DNA of 64,000 bases from Spirochaetia bacterium (GTDB lineage: Bacteria; Spirochaetota; Spirochaetia; SZUA-6; Bin103). The position numbers and the translations under genes are program-made. The notes under the pieces were generated by a model. It searched no databases and was not told the DNA's origin. It saw only the letters and a program-made list of their open reading frames with translations. Location: NCBI GenBank assembly GCA_965198005.1, contig CBDAOI010000002.1, positions 608,001-672,000 of the forward strand. The letters are read 5' to 3'. Every line of letters begins with the position of its first letter. Position 1 is the first letter of the stretch. Positions 38,688-49,695 of the stretch are shown here, one piece after another.

Positions 38688-41600
38688 TTACTCCGAGTAT
38701 GGCGCGAGTCGGGTGACGCCCGCGACGACTAGCGAGTCGACGACTTCCTGCCAACCGTCCGAGTGGCCGGCGTTGACAGCGGTACCGCGAATCTCGATTA
38801 GCCAGTCCGGCAGCATGAAGCTGTGGGTGGCGGCGTGGGCAGGATCCGCGAGCGCAAGCTGAGCGACCCACGACAGCCCGGTACGGACTTGGGTCTCGGA
38901 GGCAAGGGCGCCGAGGAAGCTGATGAGGCGGTCGACACATCTGCCTCTGCCTTCAGCGACGCTCAGCCACGCCTCGACCTCGGCTTGCATATCGAGCGGT
39001 TCCCACCATGCGATCGGGTTGGCATGGACCTCGGGGTATAGAAATGAAACGTCGCCCGCGGCGTTGGGCAGGAGGGAGCCCAATGCCATGTCGCCGTACA
39101 GTCCGTCCCGAAACGGCGTATAGTCCGCGTTCGGCGCAAGCACGTGGCGAACGACACTCGGCCAGACCCGTCGAGCCGTGGCTGCCCTGTCCGGTGTTTC
39201 CTCCGCAGCCGCTGACAGAGCTCGCAGCAGGGTACCAAGCAAAGCCGGACTGTCGGCATAAGCGTCAATGTGCTCGTAGATGGCTGCATCGTCGCCATGT
39301 TCGGCCAACGTCAGCAGAGCGCGTGCGCTGACGAGAGTGTGGGAGCCGCGAAGATCCGCGTCGGGAAGACCGCGGCTGAGCAGCGATCGCCGCTGAGCGG
39401 CCAAGAGAGTCGACAGCAGATCGTGAGCTCGCGTAGACACGCAGATGTCGGCAACGGCTGCTGGCGCCAGCGCTCGAATCGCCGCGTCGAGACGAGACGC
39501 GAGGATCGAGTGATCGTCGGCGCTGGCAAGCGATTTGGCCATGGGCTCTTCCAGCGCGAGGGCAACTCTTCGTCCGGTGGCGCGGTCCCAACCGCCAAGC
39601 ACGCAACGGCGCATCGTTTGGGTAGCGAGACTCCAACCCACTTCGTGATGGCAACGCCCGTCCACCGCGCACGGCGTGTTCCAGACGCGATCCAAGCTAC
39701 GCGCAAGGTGGAGCCGCACCTCGTTCGATACAGCTTGAGCAAGATTGAGGCCTGCACGAGCGGCGCGCTCGAAGGCCACCCACCCATCTGCCTTGTCGAT
39801 GAGCGTGCGAAGTCGAGCGGCAATGGGCAGGAGCAACAACGGAAGCGCCCGGGCGGCGCTACGGTCGGCACCGTGCTCGTAGTAAGTGTCTTCGAACTCG
39901 AACTGCCGCGGCGACGCTTCGCCCTCGCCGACCCGCAACACGGTCTCGGCGGCGAAGGACAGCGCATCATCTTCGAGGTCAGCGCCATCAAGGAGGTGCG
40001 CTTCGAGTGCCGCCGCCGCAATCAACGCGGCTGTATCCCACGGATCATGCGCTACGAGGGACGGAGGGCTCTCAAGCAGATTCCGGGCGATGGCGATGTC
40101 GGCTGCCAATTCATCAGGTGCGATGGCCTGAGCGCCCTCCTTCTTGGGGTCGACGTGGTAGCGAACGAACAATCGCGTCGCCTCTTGGAAACGGTGCATC
40201 TCCTCATTGCTGGGTTCCAACGCCTGCAGCACATCGTCAGGTGGCGTGGGACTGATGTACAGGCCGTCCGAAGCCTCAAGAGCCTGATAGCTGTCGCGAT
40301 CAAGGCAACTTGCCCAGATACGAACCGGCATCAACGCCTTTTCGATGGACTCGCCAGCCGGAGCCTCCGACTCGGCGAGTTCGTGATCACGTGACGACAC
40401 GAAGTGGCGACGCGCGTTCGTGAGCAGTTTGTCGCCGATCGCGCGTAGCTCTGCGGCACGATTCTCGTCGGCTCGAACGCCCATGAACATGGCTGCCTCG
40501 CGTAGCGACCAGTTGCGGCGCTCCGATGCGACGAGGCCCTCGGAGTCGGCAGCGAAGCCGCTGCCCTCGTTTACGACTCGCGTGACGTCGATGCGCCAGA
40601 CAAACGGTTCAGCGAGGTAGGAGTCAAGCAGATCGCCTGCCCGCTCAAGGTGCCGTATCAGCAACCCTACTACAAGGCCGACCATGGCGAGGCTCTCACA
40701 TCCGTCGAGCAGTATCGAGACCACGGTCCTGAGCGGGATGTCAGTCTCGATCAGTTGGTCGCACACTCGCTCCAGCGCTTGTAATGCGCTGAGGCATGGA
40801 TATGGTCCGACTCCAGTTCCGCGGTACCAGCGCCAAACGTGCTCATCGCCGACGTAGCGTCGGTCCGCACCAGTGATCTCAAGCTCGGTCTCGGACAAAC
40901 GGACCGTCTCGTCGTTAGGGAGGGGACGCAAAGATCGGGGCGTCGCCATGGAACGGGCGCGATTGCGCGCGGCATGGTTGAGCAAACGATTGAGCACTGC
41001 AACGCCGTGGTGGAAGTCACTCTGGAAGAGCGGCTTGAACGGGCCGCGATACCACGTAGCGTGGGGGTGGCCGAAGCCTCGATTACGGTGGTCGCGGACC
41101 CCGTCGTCGAGATCAGTAGCGTCGGCCTCGTCATCAAGGTAGTACGCCTCGGTCAGATGCGCCAGAAGGCCACGGCCAAAGCTGGCCAGCGCGTTTCCCG
41201 TCAAGAGCTCCTCTACGGTAGGAGCGAGCCGGTGCGGCGCGTCGCGCGCGACACGGCGAAGTATAGCCTCACCGCGGTCGCCAAGGTCCGGACCGAGCAG
41301 AGCCAATAGTTCGAGAACCGTCTCGTCTGTGAGCTCATGGGGCACGTCCGGTCGTTGTCTGCGGCGCCGGCCGTCGTAGCCGATCTCCGCGAAGAGCTTG
41401 TGGTGCTCGGCGAGTCGGCGCGCCTTCTCGACACCCTTTGGCGTGCGGACAGCACCCTTATAGGCTTGGCCGAAGAGCCGACGAAGAGCGGAAAGGAGGA
41501 GCCCAAAGAGCGGCAGATTCCGCCGTTTTGGCCCCAGAGGCCTCTGTTCGGCTGGGCCTTGTGCAGGTTCGGCCTCCCGCTCCTTGGCAAGGCGACGGTC

Positions 41601-44000
41601 ACCCGCTGCGCACGCCTCAACCAGACGCTCGCGAAGCAGGATGCGGAGCGGATGCCCAGCGGGAGTCTTGGCAACCACATGTGCTTGTAACCAGTCCCGT
41701 AACAGGTTCTGGGCGTACTCACCGAAGCGCCATGGTGTTCCGTCCTCAAGCAGCAGCGTGATGATGGGCTCAACGGCGGCGAGGTTGACGATGCCGTTCT
41801 CGTCGCGGTGTCGCTGATCAACCAGACGGGCAAGCCGCCGCAGGCCCGCGGCGTCATCGGCAAGCAGACCGGGCCACGCTTCCCGGAGTAGCGCCTTGGG
41901 ATCGGCAGTCGAGAGCAGGGCTTCACCGGGCACGTCACCCCAGCGGGCGCAATGGCCTGCGTCGACGAGCCGGTCAAACGATGCCTGCAACACACCGAGC
42001 CTGCCGCTTATCGGAGTCCTGGTGGTGTCGGGCCGCCCCAACCATGCCTCACTCGCGAGTCGCGCTGCCGATAGCGACCAGCGCGGCGCGCCAGCTTGCT
42101 GAATTCTTGAAGCTGGGGTGTCGTCGGACAGCAGAAGTCTTGCGACCGCGTAGCGTCGCACCTCGTCGTGCGCGAACTCGGGACCGATCATGAACGGATC
42201 GTCCGGCGAAGTTCGCAGTAGTCCGTCGCCGCGCAAACCGCGGAGAACAGCGGGATCGATCTCCCTGATGACTCCGAAGCGTTCGCCGCCTGCGAGGTCG
42301 AGATCGGCGAATCGAAGGAGTGCCACATCCCGCGCGTCGGGATATCCTCTGTCGGACTTGCCGTGTCGGCGGACGAGCCCGCACCACACCTCTCGCATCG
42401 CATCTGCCTCCGTCAGCGGAACGCCGCGGACGCGGCCACGAACAAGCAGATCAGCCACGACAAGCCGGCGCAGGAGTTCTCGCGACCGTGCGTTGGAGTT
42501 GAGCTTGCTCAGCTCGGGGAAGGTCCGAACGATTACGTCTATCTCGCTGTCGGTCAGCGAGGCCACGGTATGGTCCGTGACATCGGTGCCGAAGCGCTTG
42601 GTGAGTATGTCTCGCACGACCTGGATGCTGTCGACCGAGGTAACCGCGATTACCCTCACGTCGCTTTCCTGAGCTGCGTCAACCATGTAGCGGAATGCGT
42701 CTTCCAGGCCTTCCGCCACGGCGTCTGCGCCGTCAACGATGAGCATGCGTTGCGGTGCACTCAGTTCGCCCAGAATTGGCGAGAGCGGGCAGCCCAAGAT
42801 GGCCTCAAACTCGACCGTCAGCTTGGGGATGTGGCGCAGGTTGATGCACAACGCCTGCAGGCTGTCCTGGTCAGCGGTGCACACAGCGGTGATGCCCAGG
42901 ACCGTGAGTGCGCTCTTGCCTACACCTGACTCCCCGCTTGCGACGACAGCCAGGGCGTCCCCCGCAGTTGCAACCAGCTTCGCGACCGCATCGCTTCGAT
43001 CGAGGCGTACGCGGCGACCGCCGCCACTTGCAGTGATCTCGTCGCGCACCGATGCAACCGCCCTGCAATGAAGATGTTCGAGCGTCTGCCAGCCCTGCTT
43101 GTGGCGTCGCGTCGTCGAGTCGAGCATTGCGTGCACGTCACGTCGCAACAGCTTGAGATCGACTCGCGCGGATTTCGGCGAATACTCACCGGCAAGGCCG
43201 ACGAGCCGATCGCGAAGTGCCGACGCTGCTGTGAGATCAGAACCCCGCGCTACCGATATCAGGCTGTTCGCTACGGCCGACCAGTCCGTCTCGTCCGGTG
43301 ACTCGATCCGCGGCATCAAGACGGCGAGCCGCGAGAGCAGCTCCCACGTGCGCCGCTCTACCAGCGCTACGTCGGCACAGGTCACGCCGAGGTCGTGCAG
43401 CGCACACTTCATGAGGGCCACGACTTGATCGAGCCTGCCGCGAACGGCAGCTTCGAACTTTCGTGGCGTGCGGACGAGATCGAAGAATCCGGACGCGTCC
43501 AGCTGGTCCTTGGCAAGGTCGGCCAGCCTCGCCAGTTGCTCGGCGTGTGATTGCGGTCCGGCAACAACGAGACCGAACCGGTGTTCCGGTCCGTCCGCTG
43601 ATGTGGTGAGCAAAGCACGGACGAATTGCCGGACAAGCTCTTGCGTCGACTGGTCACGCGGTACGAACCTCGGTGAACGCCGAATCCCGAGGGCGAGCAC
43701 CAGCGACGGCTGCCGATCTTCGGGGCGTGCTGCGTACACGACGAGATCGTCGACCGGGTGGTCCGGGGCCTGCTGGAACGCGACGCTCACCACGCGACGA
43801 CCGTCTCCGAGTTCGCTCGCACCATCGCCAACGAGTAAGTGAGCGAGGTACTGGACCGCTACCTTCCGCTCGAAGGTTACGCCGCCGGCGCCGCTAGCAT
43901 AGGGGCTCGTGGCGGCTGCCAACCCCACTGTAGCACTGCTGCCGCCACTATCCTGCGCCCCACTTGTCAACCCCGGGATAACTTCGCTCATTTCGATCAT
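38688..44000 (-). CDS. 1770-aa STAND-class NTPase (Avs-like) with N-terminal PD-(D/E)XK-like domain
   Basis: N-terminal SGAGGVTFE...VDDLVV; Walker A GESGVGKS; Walker B LIVDGAD; FAHDEVRRY winged-helix-like motif; long helical C-terminus. Confidence 0.75.
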   Translation of the reverse strand: MIEMSEVIPGLTSGAQDSGGSSATVGLAAATSPYASGAGGVTFERKVAVQYLAHLLVGDGASELGDGRRVVSVAFQQAPDHPVDDLVVYAARPEDRQPSLVLALGIRRSPRFVPRDQSTQELVRQFVRALLTTSADGPEHRFGLVVAGPQSHAEQLARLADLAKDQLDASGFFDLVRTPRKFEAAVRGRLDQVVALMKCALHDLGVTCADVALVERRTWELLSRLAVLMPRIESPDETDWSAVANSLISVARGSDLTAASALRDRLVGLAGEYSPKSARVDLKLLRRDVHAMLDSTTRRHKQGWQTLEHLHCRAVASVRDEITASGGGRRVRLDRSDAVAKLVATAGDALAVVASGESGVGKSALTVLGITAVCTADQDSLQALCINLRHIPKLTVEFEAILGCPLSPILGELSAPQRMLIVDGADAVAEGLEDAFRYMVDAAQESDVRVIAVTSVDSIQVVRDILTKRFGTDVTDHTVASLTDSEIDVIVRTFPELSKLNSNARSRELLRRLVVADLLVRGRVRGVPLTEADAMREVWCGLVRRHGKSDRGYPDARDVALLRFADLDLAGGERFGVIREIDPAVLRGLRGDGLLRTSPDDPFMIGPEFAHDEVRRYAVARLLLSDDTPASRIQQAGAPRWSLSAARLASEAWLGRPDTTRTPISGRLGVLQASFDRLVDAGHCARWGDVPGEALLSTADPKALLREAWPGLLADDAAGLRRLARLVDQRHRDENGIVNLAAVEPIITLLLEDGTPWRFGEYAQNLLRDWLQAHVVAKTPAGHPLRILLRERLVEACAAGDRRLAKEREAEPAQGPAEQRPLGPKRRNLPLFGLLLSALRRLFGQAYKGAVRTPKGVEKARRLAEHHKLFAEIGYDGRRRRQRPDVPHELTDETVLELLALLGPDLGDRGEAILRRVARDAPHRLAPTVEELLTGNALASFGRGLLAHLTEAYYLDDEADATDLDDGVRDHRNRGFGHPHATWYRGPFKPLFQSDFHHGVAVLNRLLNHAARNRARSMATPRSLRPLPNDETVRLSETELEITGADRRYVGDEHVWRWYRGTGVGPYPCLSALQALERVCDQLIETDIPLRTVVSILLDGCESLAMVGLVVGLLIRHLERAGDLLDSYLAEPFVWRIDVTRVVNEGSGFAADSEGLVASERRNWSLREAAMFMGVRADENRAAELRAIGDKLLTNARRHFVSSRDHELAESEAPAGESIEKALMPVRIWASCLDRDSYQALEASDGLYISPTPPDDVLQALEPSNEEMHRFQEATRLFVRYHVDPKKEGAQAIAPDELAADIAIARNLLESPPSLVAHDPWDTAALIAAAALEAHLLDGADLEDDALSFAAETVLRVGEGEASPRQFEFEDTYYEHGADRSAARALPLLLLPIAARLRTLIDKADGWVAFERAARAGLNLAQAVSNEVRLHLARSLDRVWNTPCAVDGRCHHEVGWSLATQTMRRCVLGGWDRATGRRVALALEEPMAKSLASADDHSILASRLDAAIRALAPAAVADICVSTRAHDLLSTLLAAQRRSLLSRGLPDADLRGSHTLVSARALLTLAEHGDDAAIYEHIDAYADSPALLGTLLRALSAAAEETPDRAATARRVWPSVVRHVLAPNADYTPFRDGLYGDMALGSLLPNAAGDVSFLYPEVHANPIAWWEPLDMQAEVEAWLSVAEGRGRCVDRLISFLGALASETQVRTGLSWVAQLALADPAHAATHSFMLPDWLIEIRGTAVNAGHSDGWQEVVDSLVVAGVTRLAPYSE

Positions 44001-46411
44001 CGCCGTCTCGATGCGGCAAGCTTGTTGCGCACGTCTTGCGCAACTTCCTGCACCTCACGTGATACGCGGGGATTCAGCCCCGACTCCTGCTGCAGCGCCG
44101 TTACCAGCGGGAGCAGAAGGTGAGCTGTGGGCGACGCTTGGATCTGCTCCAATGCGTATGCCGGTTCCAGGTGGGCGGAAAATCCGGTCACGGCGAGTGC
44201 AATCCGTGAAGGAAGATCGTCCCGTCCCGCAAGGATCATCAGCAGGGTATGGAGGTCCTGTGCGCAAGCGGCTTGGTCGACGTTCGATGAATCCATCTCC
44301 AGTAGCGCATTGCCCTTCAGTACCAATGCCCTCGCTACCTGGGCGATGACTTCCGGGGCTTCAGATGAACGATAGCGTCGCACAACGGCGTCACAGATCT
44401 CGAGAGCCTCCGCCAGCCGACCAAGGGCGGCAAGTATTACGCCCCGGTACACGAGCGCTGCCGCGACCTTGGCGTCGATTTTCGGGTTGTCGATTCCCGC
44501 GAACCGCTGCACCACATCGTCGAAGACATGCAGGGCATCCGCGTATCGGTGTTGCGCACTGAGAAACTGTCCCTTGTTCGCCAAGGCGTAGGCGACTGCC
44601 TCTGCGATCGCCGACACTGACGAATCGCCGAACTGCCTCACCACTCGGTCATAGACATCAAGCGCCTCGGCCGGTCGCTGCAGCTCACCGAGCAAAATAC
44701 CCTTGCTGACCAGCGCTCTGGCTGCCTGTTCGGCGCTGACGGTGCCACTCCCATATTGGGCCCCAACGTCGTCCAATGCCGCTATGGCCTCATCGGATCG
44801 ACCAACCCCGCGCAACGCGACTGCGCGGCAGAGCTGCGCTTCCGCACGATGCCCACTAATGTCTTCAGCCGTATTCTCTGCAAATCCGCTTATAACCTCC
44901 TCGTAAAGACCGAGCGACTCCTCACATCGATCAAGGTGGTAGAGGGCACGCGCCTTGTTCATCATCGGGACGGCGAGAAAAGCCATCGGGGCCGGAACGT
45001 CTTGTTGGTGAACAAGGGAGAGGAGTCGGTCGCAGAAGTGGACCGCTGCACGATAGTCGCCACGATCGAACGCGTCATTGGATTTCTTCATCGAGTCCGC
45101 GACGAACGCGGTCCCATTCGCCAGCATCTCCAATTCGTCGCGATAGTCCGCCAGATCTGGCAAGGCGAGGAACTGACTGAAGACTTCGACAAGAAACGTC
45201 TGGTTTCGTGGTCGGGTCAGTAAGGCGTCGACGATCATGGAGCCGGCGATCGACGACAATTCCGGTGCGGAGTAGAACGACGCCATGAATCGCAGCAGCG
45301 CCTCGACGACCCGGCCTGGGTCTCCCCGGCGCAGCAGGTAGTAGATGTTGTACATCCGCTCGACGAGGTAGTACTGCTTGCGGCGGGGGCTGCCGCCGTC
45401 GACCTCCACTGCCCGGCGTGCGATCAGGCGCTGGAGTTGGGCGCTGCACTGACTCGTGCCGATCCGCGCCTGGTCGGCTATTTCGCGTGTGGTGGCGGGT
45501 CTCCACAATTCTGCGAGCGCGACGAACACGCGCCGTTCCTGGTGTGGCAGATCCTCGATGTAGCGCTTGAAGTACTCGGTATGAGCGTCTACCAGATCGA
45601 AGAGATCCGACATGAGTGTCGGGAAGGAGAGCTTGCCACCGAAGCGAGCCACTATCGTCATCAGGCGCGGGCTGCCGCCGGTGAGTATCTGCAGCGATCG
45701 AATCTTGCCGTGATTGGCGCTTGCGCCGGACGCCGCCCGCCACAGCGTGGCGCACTCCCGCTCGTCCAGCGGGCGCAGCGTGATGATGCGGAACAGATCG
45801 TAAAGCGCATGTTCGGGATCGTCGATCTCGGCGAAGCGGCTCGTAGCGCTCCCCAGCAACATAATCCGCGGCTCGGTTTGCAGCGTCTTTCTTAGTTGCC
45901 AGCCGGCGTCGGGGTCCGACATTTCCCCGAGCAGCATGTTCAGATTCTCGACCACGAGCACCAGGCGTTTGCCTGCACGGTCGGCAGCGTCGAGTACGGC
46001 GGCGAGGCAACGCTGGGCGAGCGTCTGTTGGTCCTGGATGCGGTGCAGGTCGCAGTACGTGGCGTGCAGGTCGCGCTCTTCGTTCGCTCCGGACTCCTGA
46101 CCGGCCAGGCGGGCCAGACACTCCAACCAGAACTCCCCGCAGGTGCCGACCACGTAGCTCTCCTCGGAGAACACGACCGGCAACAGCCGGTCGGCCAGGC
46201 CGGCTTGGCGGCGTACCTCCAGCGCGACGCGGAGCAGCAGGCTCGTCTTACCGCTGCCGCGGGGGCCGATCACGATCAGGTGCTGGTTCGAGTTGCCGGT
46301 GTTCTCCTGCAGCGTCTCGACGATCGACTCGAATTCGCTCGTGCGCACGCAGAACGCCGCGGCCAGTTCGTCGTCGGTGAGAAAGCCGGGATTGTAGGTT
46401 CTGACAGCCAA
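43997..46411 (-). CDS. STAND/AAA ATPase with winged helix and TPR repeats
   Basis: AGGAGG + TTG; YNPGFL, GPRGSGKT, LVVENL, TGGSPR; repeated ALVxKG..L..L.R..EAL..YD TPR units. Confidence 0.85.
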   Translation of the reverse strand: MAVRTYNPGFLTDDELAAAFCVRTSEFESIVETLQENTGNSNQHLIVIGPRGSGKTSLLLRVALEVRRQAGLADRLLPVVFSEESYVVGTCGEFWLECLARLAGQESGANEERDLHATYCDLHRIQDQQTLAQRCLAAVLDAADRAGKRLVLVVENLNMLLGEMSDPDAGWQLRKTLQTEPRIMLLGSATSRFAEIDDPEHALYDLFRIITLRPLDERECATLWRAASGASANHGKIRSLQILTGGSPRLMTIVARFGGKLSFPTLMSDLFDLVDAHTEYFKRYIEDLPHQERRVFVALAELWRPATTREIADQARIGTSQCSAQLQRLIARRAVEVDGGSPRRKQYYLVERMYNIYYLLRRGDPGRVVEALLRFMASFYSAPELSSIAGSMIVDALLTRPRNQTFLVEVFSQFLALPDLADYRDELEMLANGTAFVADSMKKSNDAFDRGDYRAAVHFCDRLLSLVHQQDVPAPMAFLAVPMMNKARALYHLDRCEESLGLYEEVISGFAENTAEDISGHRAEAQLCRAVALRGVGRSDEAIAALDDVGAQYGSGTVSAEQAARALVSKGILLGELQRPAEALDVYDRVVRQFGDSSVSAIAEAVAYALANKGQFLSAQHRYADALHVFDDVVQRFAGIDNPKIDAKVAAALVYRGVILAALGRLAEALEICDAVVRRYRSSEAPEVIAQVARALVLKGNALLEMDSSNVDQAACAQDLHTLLMILAGRDDLPSRIALAVTGFSAHLEPAYALEQIQASPTAHLLLPLVTALQQESGLNPRVSREVQEVAQDVRNKLAASRRR

Positions 46412-46424
46412 ATGCCCGCGCCTC

Positions 46425-46743
46425 CTACGGCTCGCCCCGCGGCCTGCGGTCGGCAAATCGAGTGAAGTTCCGAGCGTAACGAGCACGCCACCAGTCCTCG
46501 ATCAGAGCATCCTGCGGGCTTCGGGCATCCTCCAGGTCGACGAACAGCGGCTCCACGTCTCCATCTGCAGCCAGACGGCGTAGCGTCTCGCGCACCAAGC
46601 TCGTCTTGCCCATCCGGCGCTGCGCGGTGAGCAACGTGTGTGCGCCGTCGCGGACCCGTTCGCTCAGCGCCTCTACCTCGGCCTCCCGGTCGAAGAAGCG
46701 GTCGCCATCAACCCAGTTGCCGCCAGCTTTCCTCAGGATGCAA
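46425..46743 (-). pseudogene. partner P-loop ATPase with a large internal deletion
   Basis: GNWVDGDRFFDREAE...AQRRMGKTSL...VDLEDARSPQDAL fused directly to C-terminal EDWWRARY; start codon out of frame. Confidence 0.75.
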
Positions 46744-46813
46744 CACCTCCAACAGCAGCGTTGGCAACAATATAGATGGCAACAAGATTGATGTCAAGCC
46801 CCCCTTCGGATGA

Positions 46814-48190
46814 TCAAGAGCGATTCGGAGCAACGTCATGTGTGCCAGATGAAGCGGAACGCACGCGCTCATCCAGGTCGGGTGGCGCCCGGAACAGATA
46901 GCTGCGCCGCCCGACGCGGCGGCGTTCGAGCAGGCCGAGGTCGGCCAATCTGAACAGGTCGGCGCGAGCGGTAGCGTAGGCGACCGAGTGACTGGTCAGG
47001 TGCGACCGGATCGTGTACTCGGCGTTGGGGTGGCGGACCGCGTGAGCAAGCAGGGCAAGCTGGCGATGGTTGAGGTCGGTCGAGCGCTTCAGAGTCTGTT
47101 CGACCTGTCGTACCTGTTCGATCTTCCTGGCGACGTACGACTCCACGCTGGCGATCGCGCGCAGCATCACGTTGAGCTGATGCACGATGAAGTAGGTCAG
47201 ATCGTTGTCGTCGGTCTCGGTGTACAGAAACGACCGCGCATATTGAGCGGGTGCGGCGGCAAGCACGCTGCTGATCGAGGCGAACTCGAACATCCGGTAT
47301 CCGTGGCGCAGCATCGCCCAGTAGAACAGGACGCGGGCGGTGCGTCCGTTGCCGTCGGCGAACGGGTGGTCGTAGGCGAGCCAGAAGTGGAGGATGACGG
47401 CATGGACGGCAGGATGCAGGAACGAACCGTCGCCAAGGCCGTCGTTGGCGAACTGAACCATCGCCCGCATCCGACCCGGCAATTCGTCTGTCGGGGGTGG
47501 GGAATGGAGCAGGGCTTGATCACGAGTGTCCCACACCTGTACGCGTTGGTCGTCGGGACGTTGCAGGCGACCGGCAGCGTCGGGGTCGTCGAGCGTGTCG
47601 GCGGCAATTATGGCATGCAGATTCAGCACCGCCGGTTCCGTCAGCGGCGCATCCTTCAGCCGGCGGATTGCTTCCATCGCGCGGTAGTTGTTGAAAATCA
47701 TCCACTCGCTCCGGTCCCGCGGCCGCCGTCCCGCGCGGATCATCTCCGCCGCCACGGCACGCGTGGTCGACGCGCCTTCAAGTTGACTGGAAGTGATTGC
47801 CTCCTGGATCAGAGAGTTGACGATGAACTGGTTGCGCGTGTCGGTGTTGGCCACGCCTTCCGCGGCGGCACCGATCCACCCATGGCTCTGGCTGTCGATG
47901 CGATGCAACGCCTCCTGAACCCGGTCGGGCAACAGGTACACGAACGGGCGTCCGCCGGCGTCCCGCAGTGGGAGCTTGCGATACAGCCCGGTGCGGGATA
48001 GCTTGAGCGCCAGCCACCACTCCTCCGGACTCCGTAGTCCTGCCGGAGTGGTAAGGTGACGTAGTGTGTCCCAGTGCAGGTAACGGTTATCAACCGTGGG
48101 GCCGAAACCTCGGCCAAACACCTCGTCAAGTCGCTCGCGATGCCGGACCAACAGCTCACTCAGCGACTTCGGTGTGCGCGGCAACTTCAT
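46814..48190 (-). CDS. Fic family protein with C-terminal winged helix
   Basis: HPFADGNGRTAR Fic motif; SSQLEG inhibitory-like motif. Confidence 0.92.
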   Translation of the reverse strand: MKLPRTPKSLSELLVRHRERLDEVFGRGFGPTVDNRYLHWDTLRHLTTPAGLRSPEEWWLALKLSRTGLYRKLPLRDAGGRPFVYLLPDRVQEALHRIDSQSHGWIGAAAEGVANTDTRNQFIVNSLIQEAITSSQLEGASTTRAVAAEMIRAGRRPRDRSEWMIFNNYRAMEAIRRLKDAPLTEPAVLNLHAIIAADTLDDPDAAGRLQRPDDQRVQVWDTRDQALLHSPPPTDELPGRMRAMVQFANDGLGDGSFLHPAVHAVILHFWLAYDHPFADGNGRTARVLFYWAMLRHGYRMFEFASISSVLAAAPAQYARSFLYTETDDNDLTYFIVHQLNVMLRAIASVESYVARKIEQVRQVEQTLKRSTDLNHRQLALLAHAVRHPNAEYTIRSHLTSHSVAYATARADLFRLADLGLLERRRVGRRSYLFRAPPDLDERVRSASSGTHDVAPNRS

Positions 48191-48292
48191 AACTATCAAT
48201 ATGCACAAAATTGATAGTACCGGACAGGGCTCCATCAGAGAATATCAACCTGTCAAGTATTGATAGGTGTGCTGCTCCGGCGCGTCACTGTT

Positions 48293-48497
48293 CACGGAGT
48301 GTTCGGCGGCGGTCTGGCGATCGCGGTGCTCTATCTATTCCTGCGCCGCCTGCGCAGCACCGTGGTGGTTGGGTTGGCGATCCCCATCTCGGTAATCGCC
48401 AGCTTCTTTCTCATGTACCTGGGGGGTGTCTCGCTCAACATCATGTCGCTCGGCGGGCTGGCGCTCGGGATCGGCATGCTGGTGGACAGCTCGATCG
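48293..48497 (+). pseudogene. RND efflux permease (AcrB-like) internal fragment
   Basis: [11 protein letters not shown]...AIPISVI...[22 protein letters not shown]. Confidence 0.85.
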
Positions 48498-48534
48498 CCC
48501 CGCCGAGCGGCGCGCGGCACGGCAGTGAGGCTCC

Positions 48535-49686
48535 TCATCTGCGAAGGTGCCAGCGGCGGGCGCGGCGGCGGGGGCCGCGGCGGCGGCCGGGGGCGGCGGT
48601 ACGCTGCGGGAGGGGGCGGCCGCGGAGGTGACGCTGGTAGAGGCGGCAGGCGTGGTAGTAGGGCTCGGGGCTGGCGAAGCTGGCGAGCATGTCGGCGCGG
48701 TAGAGTTCCAGCAGGTCGGGGAACAGGTCGGAGCTCATCAGCTCCTCGGCGTGCTCGGGGCGCACGCGCCCGAGGGCAGCCGGGATCATGTGGTTGCGCC
48801 CGAGGAACGCCACCGCGTCGATCAGCCGCGGTGTGAAGCCGAGCCGGGTCAGGAAGCGGCGCGCCACCCGGGCACCGATCTCGGCGTGAGCGAAGAACCG
48901 CTTGTCACCCTGCGGTACCGCCTGCGGCTTGCCCACGTCGTGCAGCAGCAGGCCGAGCGACAGCAACAGATCGGGCGTCTTGCGGTGGGCGAAGGTGGCC
49001 AGCGTGTGCTCCCACACGTCGCCCTCCGGGTGGAACTCCTTGGCGTGCGGAACGTTGGCCATCGCCGCCAGCTCCGGCCACCAGCTCTCCACGATGCCGG
49101 TCTCGTACAGCAACCGCAGCCCCTTCTCCGGCGCGCGGCTGGTCAGGATCTGTTCCAGCAGGTGGCGCTGATACTCGGCCGACACCGGCGGCGCTTCCGC
49201 CTTGATCGGCGCCGAGTCGGGGGTGAAGGCGAAGTGGTAGCGGGAGGTGAGCTGCGCGGCCTCGGCGGTCACCTGCCACCATTCCAGGCCGGCAGGGCGG
49301 CGCACCAGCTCCGGTTTGCGCAGGTCGTAGTAGACCGCGTCCGGATCGAGGAACACGTCCCGACGCGGGTCGAAGCGGAGCTGCTGGACGGTAAACGGAT
49401 AGCCGGTCACCCCACCGCTGTCGCCGCAGCGCACCCACAGCCGCGTGCCGCGGTGCAGCGCCATTGCGTCGACCAGCGGACCGCCGCCGAACTGCAGTTC
49501 GTCCACCAGCGGCGCGATCTCGGCCACCGTGGCGTCAGCGACTATGTGCAGCAACCGCTCACCGTAGTACTCCGGCACCCGGAAGTAGCGATCGAGCGCC
49601 GAATAACTGACCAAGTCGGCGCTGACTCCCGCGTCGTCAAAAGGCGCGAGAACACTGGATGGACTCTCAACGCTCAGACTGGACAC
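48535..49686 (-). CDS. HD-domain protein related to tRNA nucleotidyltransferase/poly(A) polymerase
   Basis: [25 protein letters not shown]; nucleotidyltransferase head looks degenerate. Confidence 0.75.
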   Translation of the reverse strand: MSSLSVESPSSVLAPFDDAGVSADLVSYSALDRYFRVPEYYGERLLHIVADATVAEIAPLVDELQFGGGPLVDAMALHRGTRLWVRCGDSGGVTGYPFTVQQLRFDPRRDVFLDPDAVYYDLRKPELVRRPAGLEWWQVTAEAAQLTSRYHFAFTPDSAPIKAEAPPVSAEYQRHLLEQILTSRAPEKGLRLLYETGIVESWWPELAAMANVPHAKEFHPEGDVWEHTLATFAHRKTPDLLLSLGLLLHDVGKPQAVPQGDKRFFAHAEIGARVARRFLTRLGFTPRLIDAVAFLGRNHMIPAALGRVRPEHAEELMSSDLFPDLLELYRADMLASFASPEPYYHACRLYQRHLRGRPLPQRTAAPGRRRGPRRRARRWHLRR

Positions 49687-49695
49687 TGTTCCGGC

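Noticed and set aside
48260-48631. Functional RND transporter gene
   Set aside because: Only about 70 codons (two to three TM helices) of a ~1000-aa protein family are present
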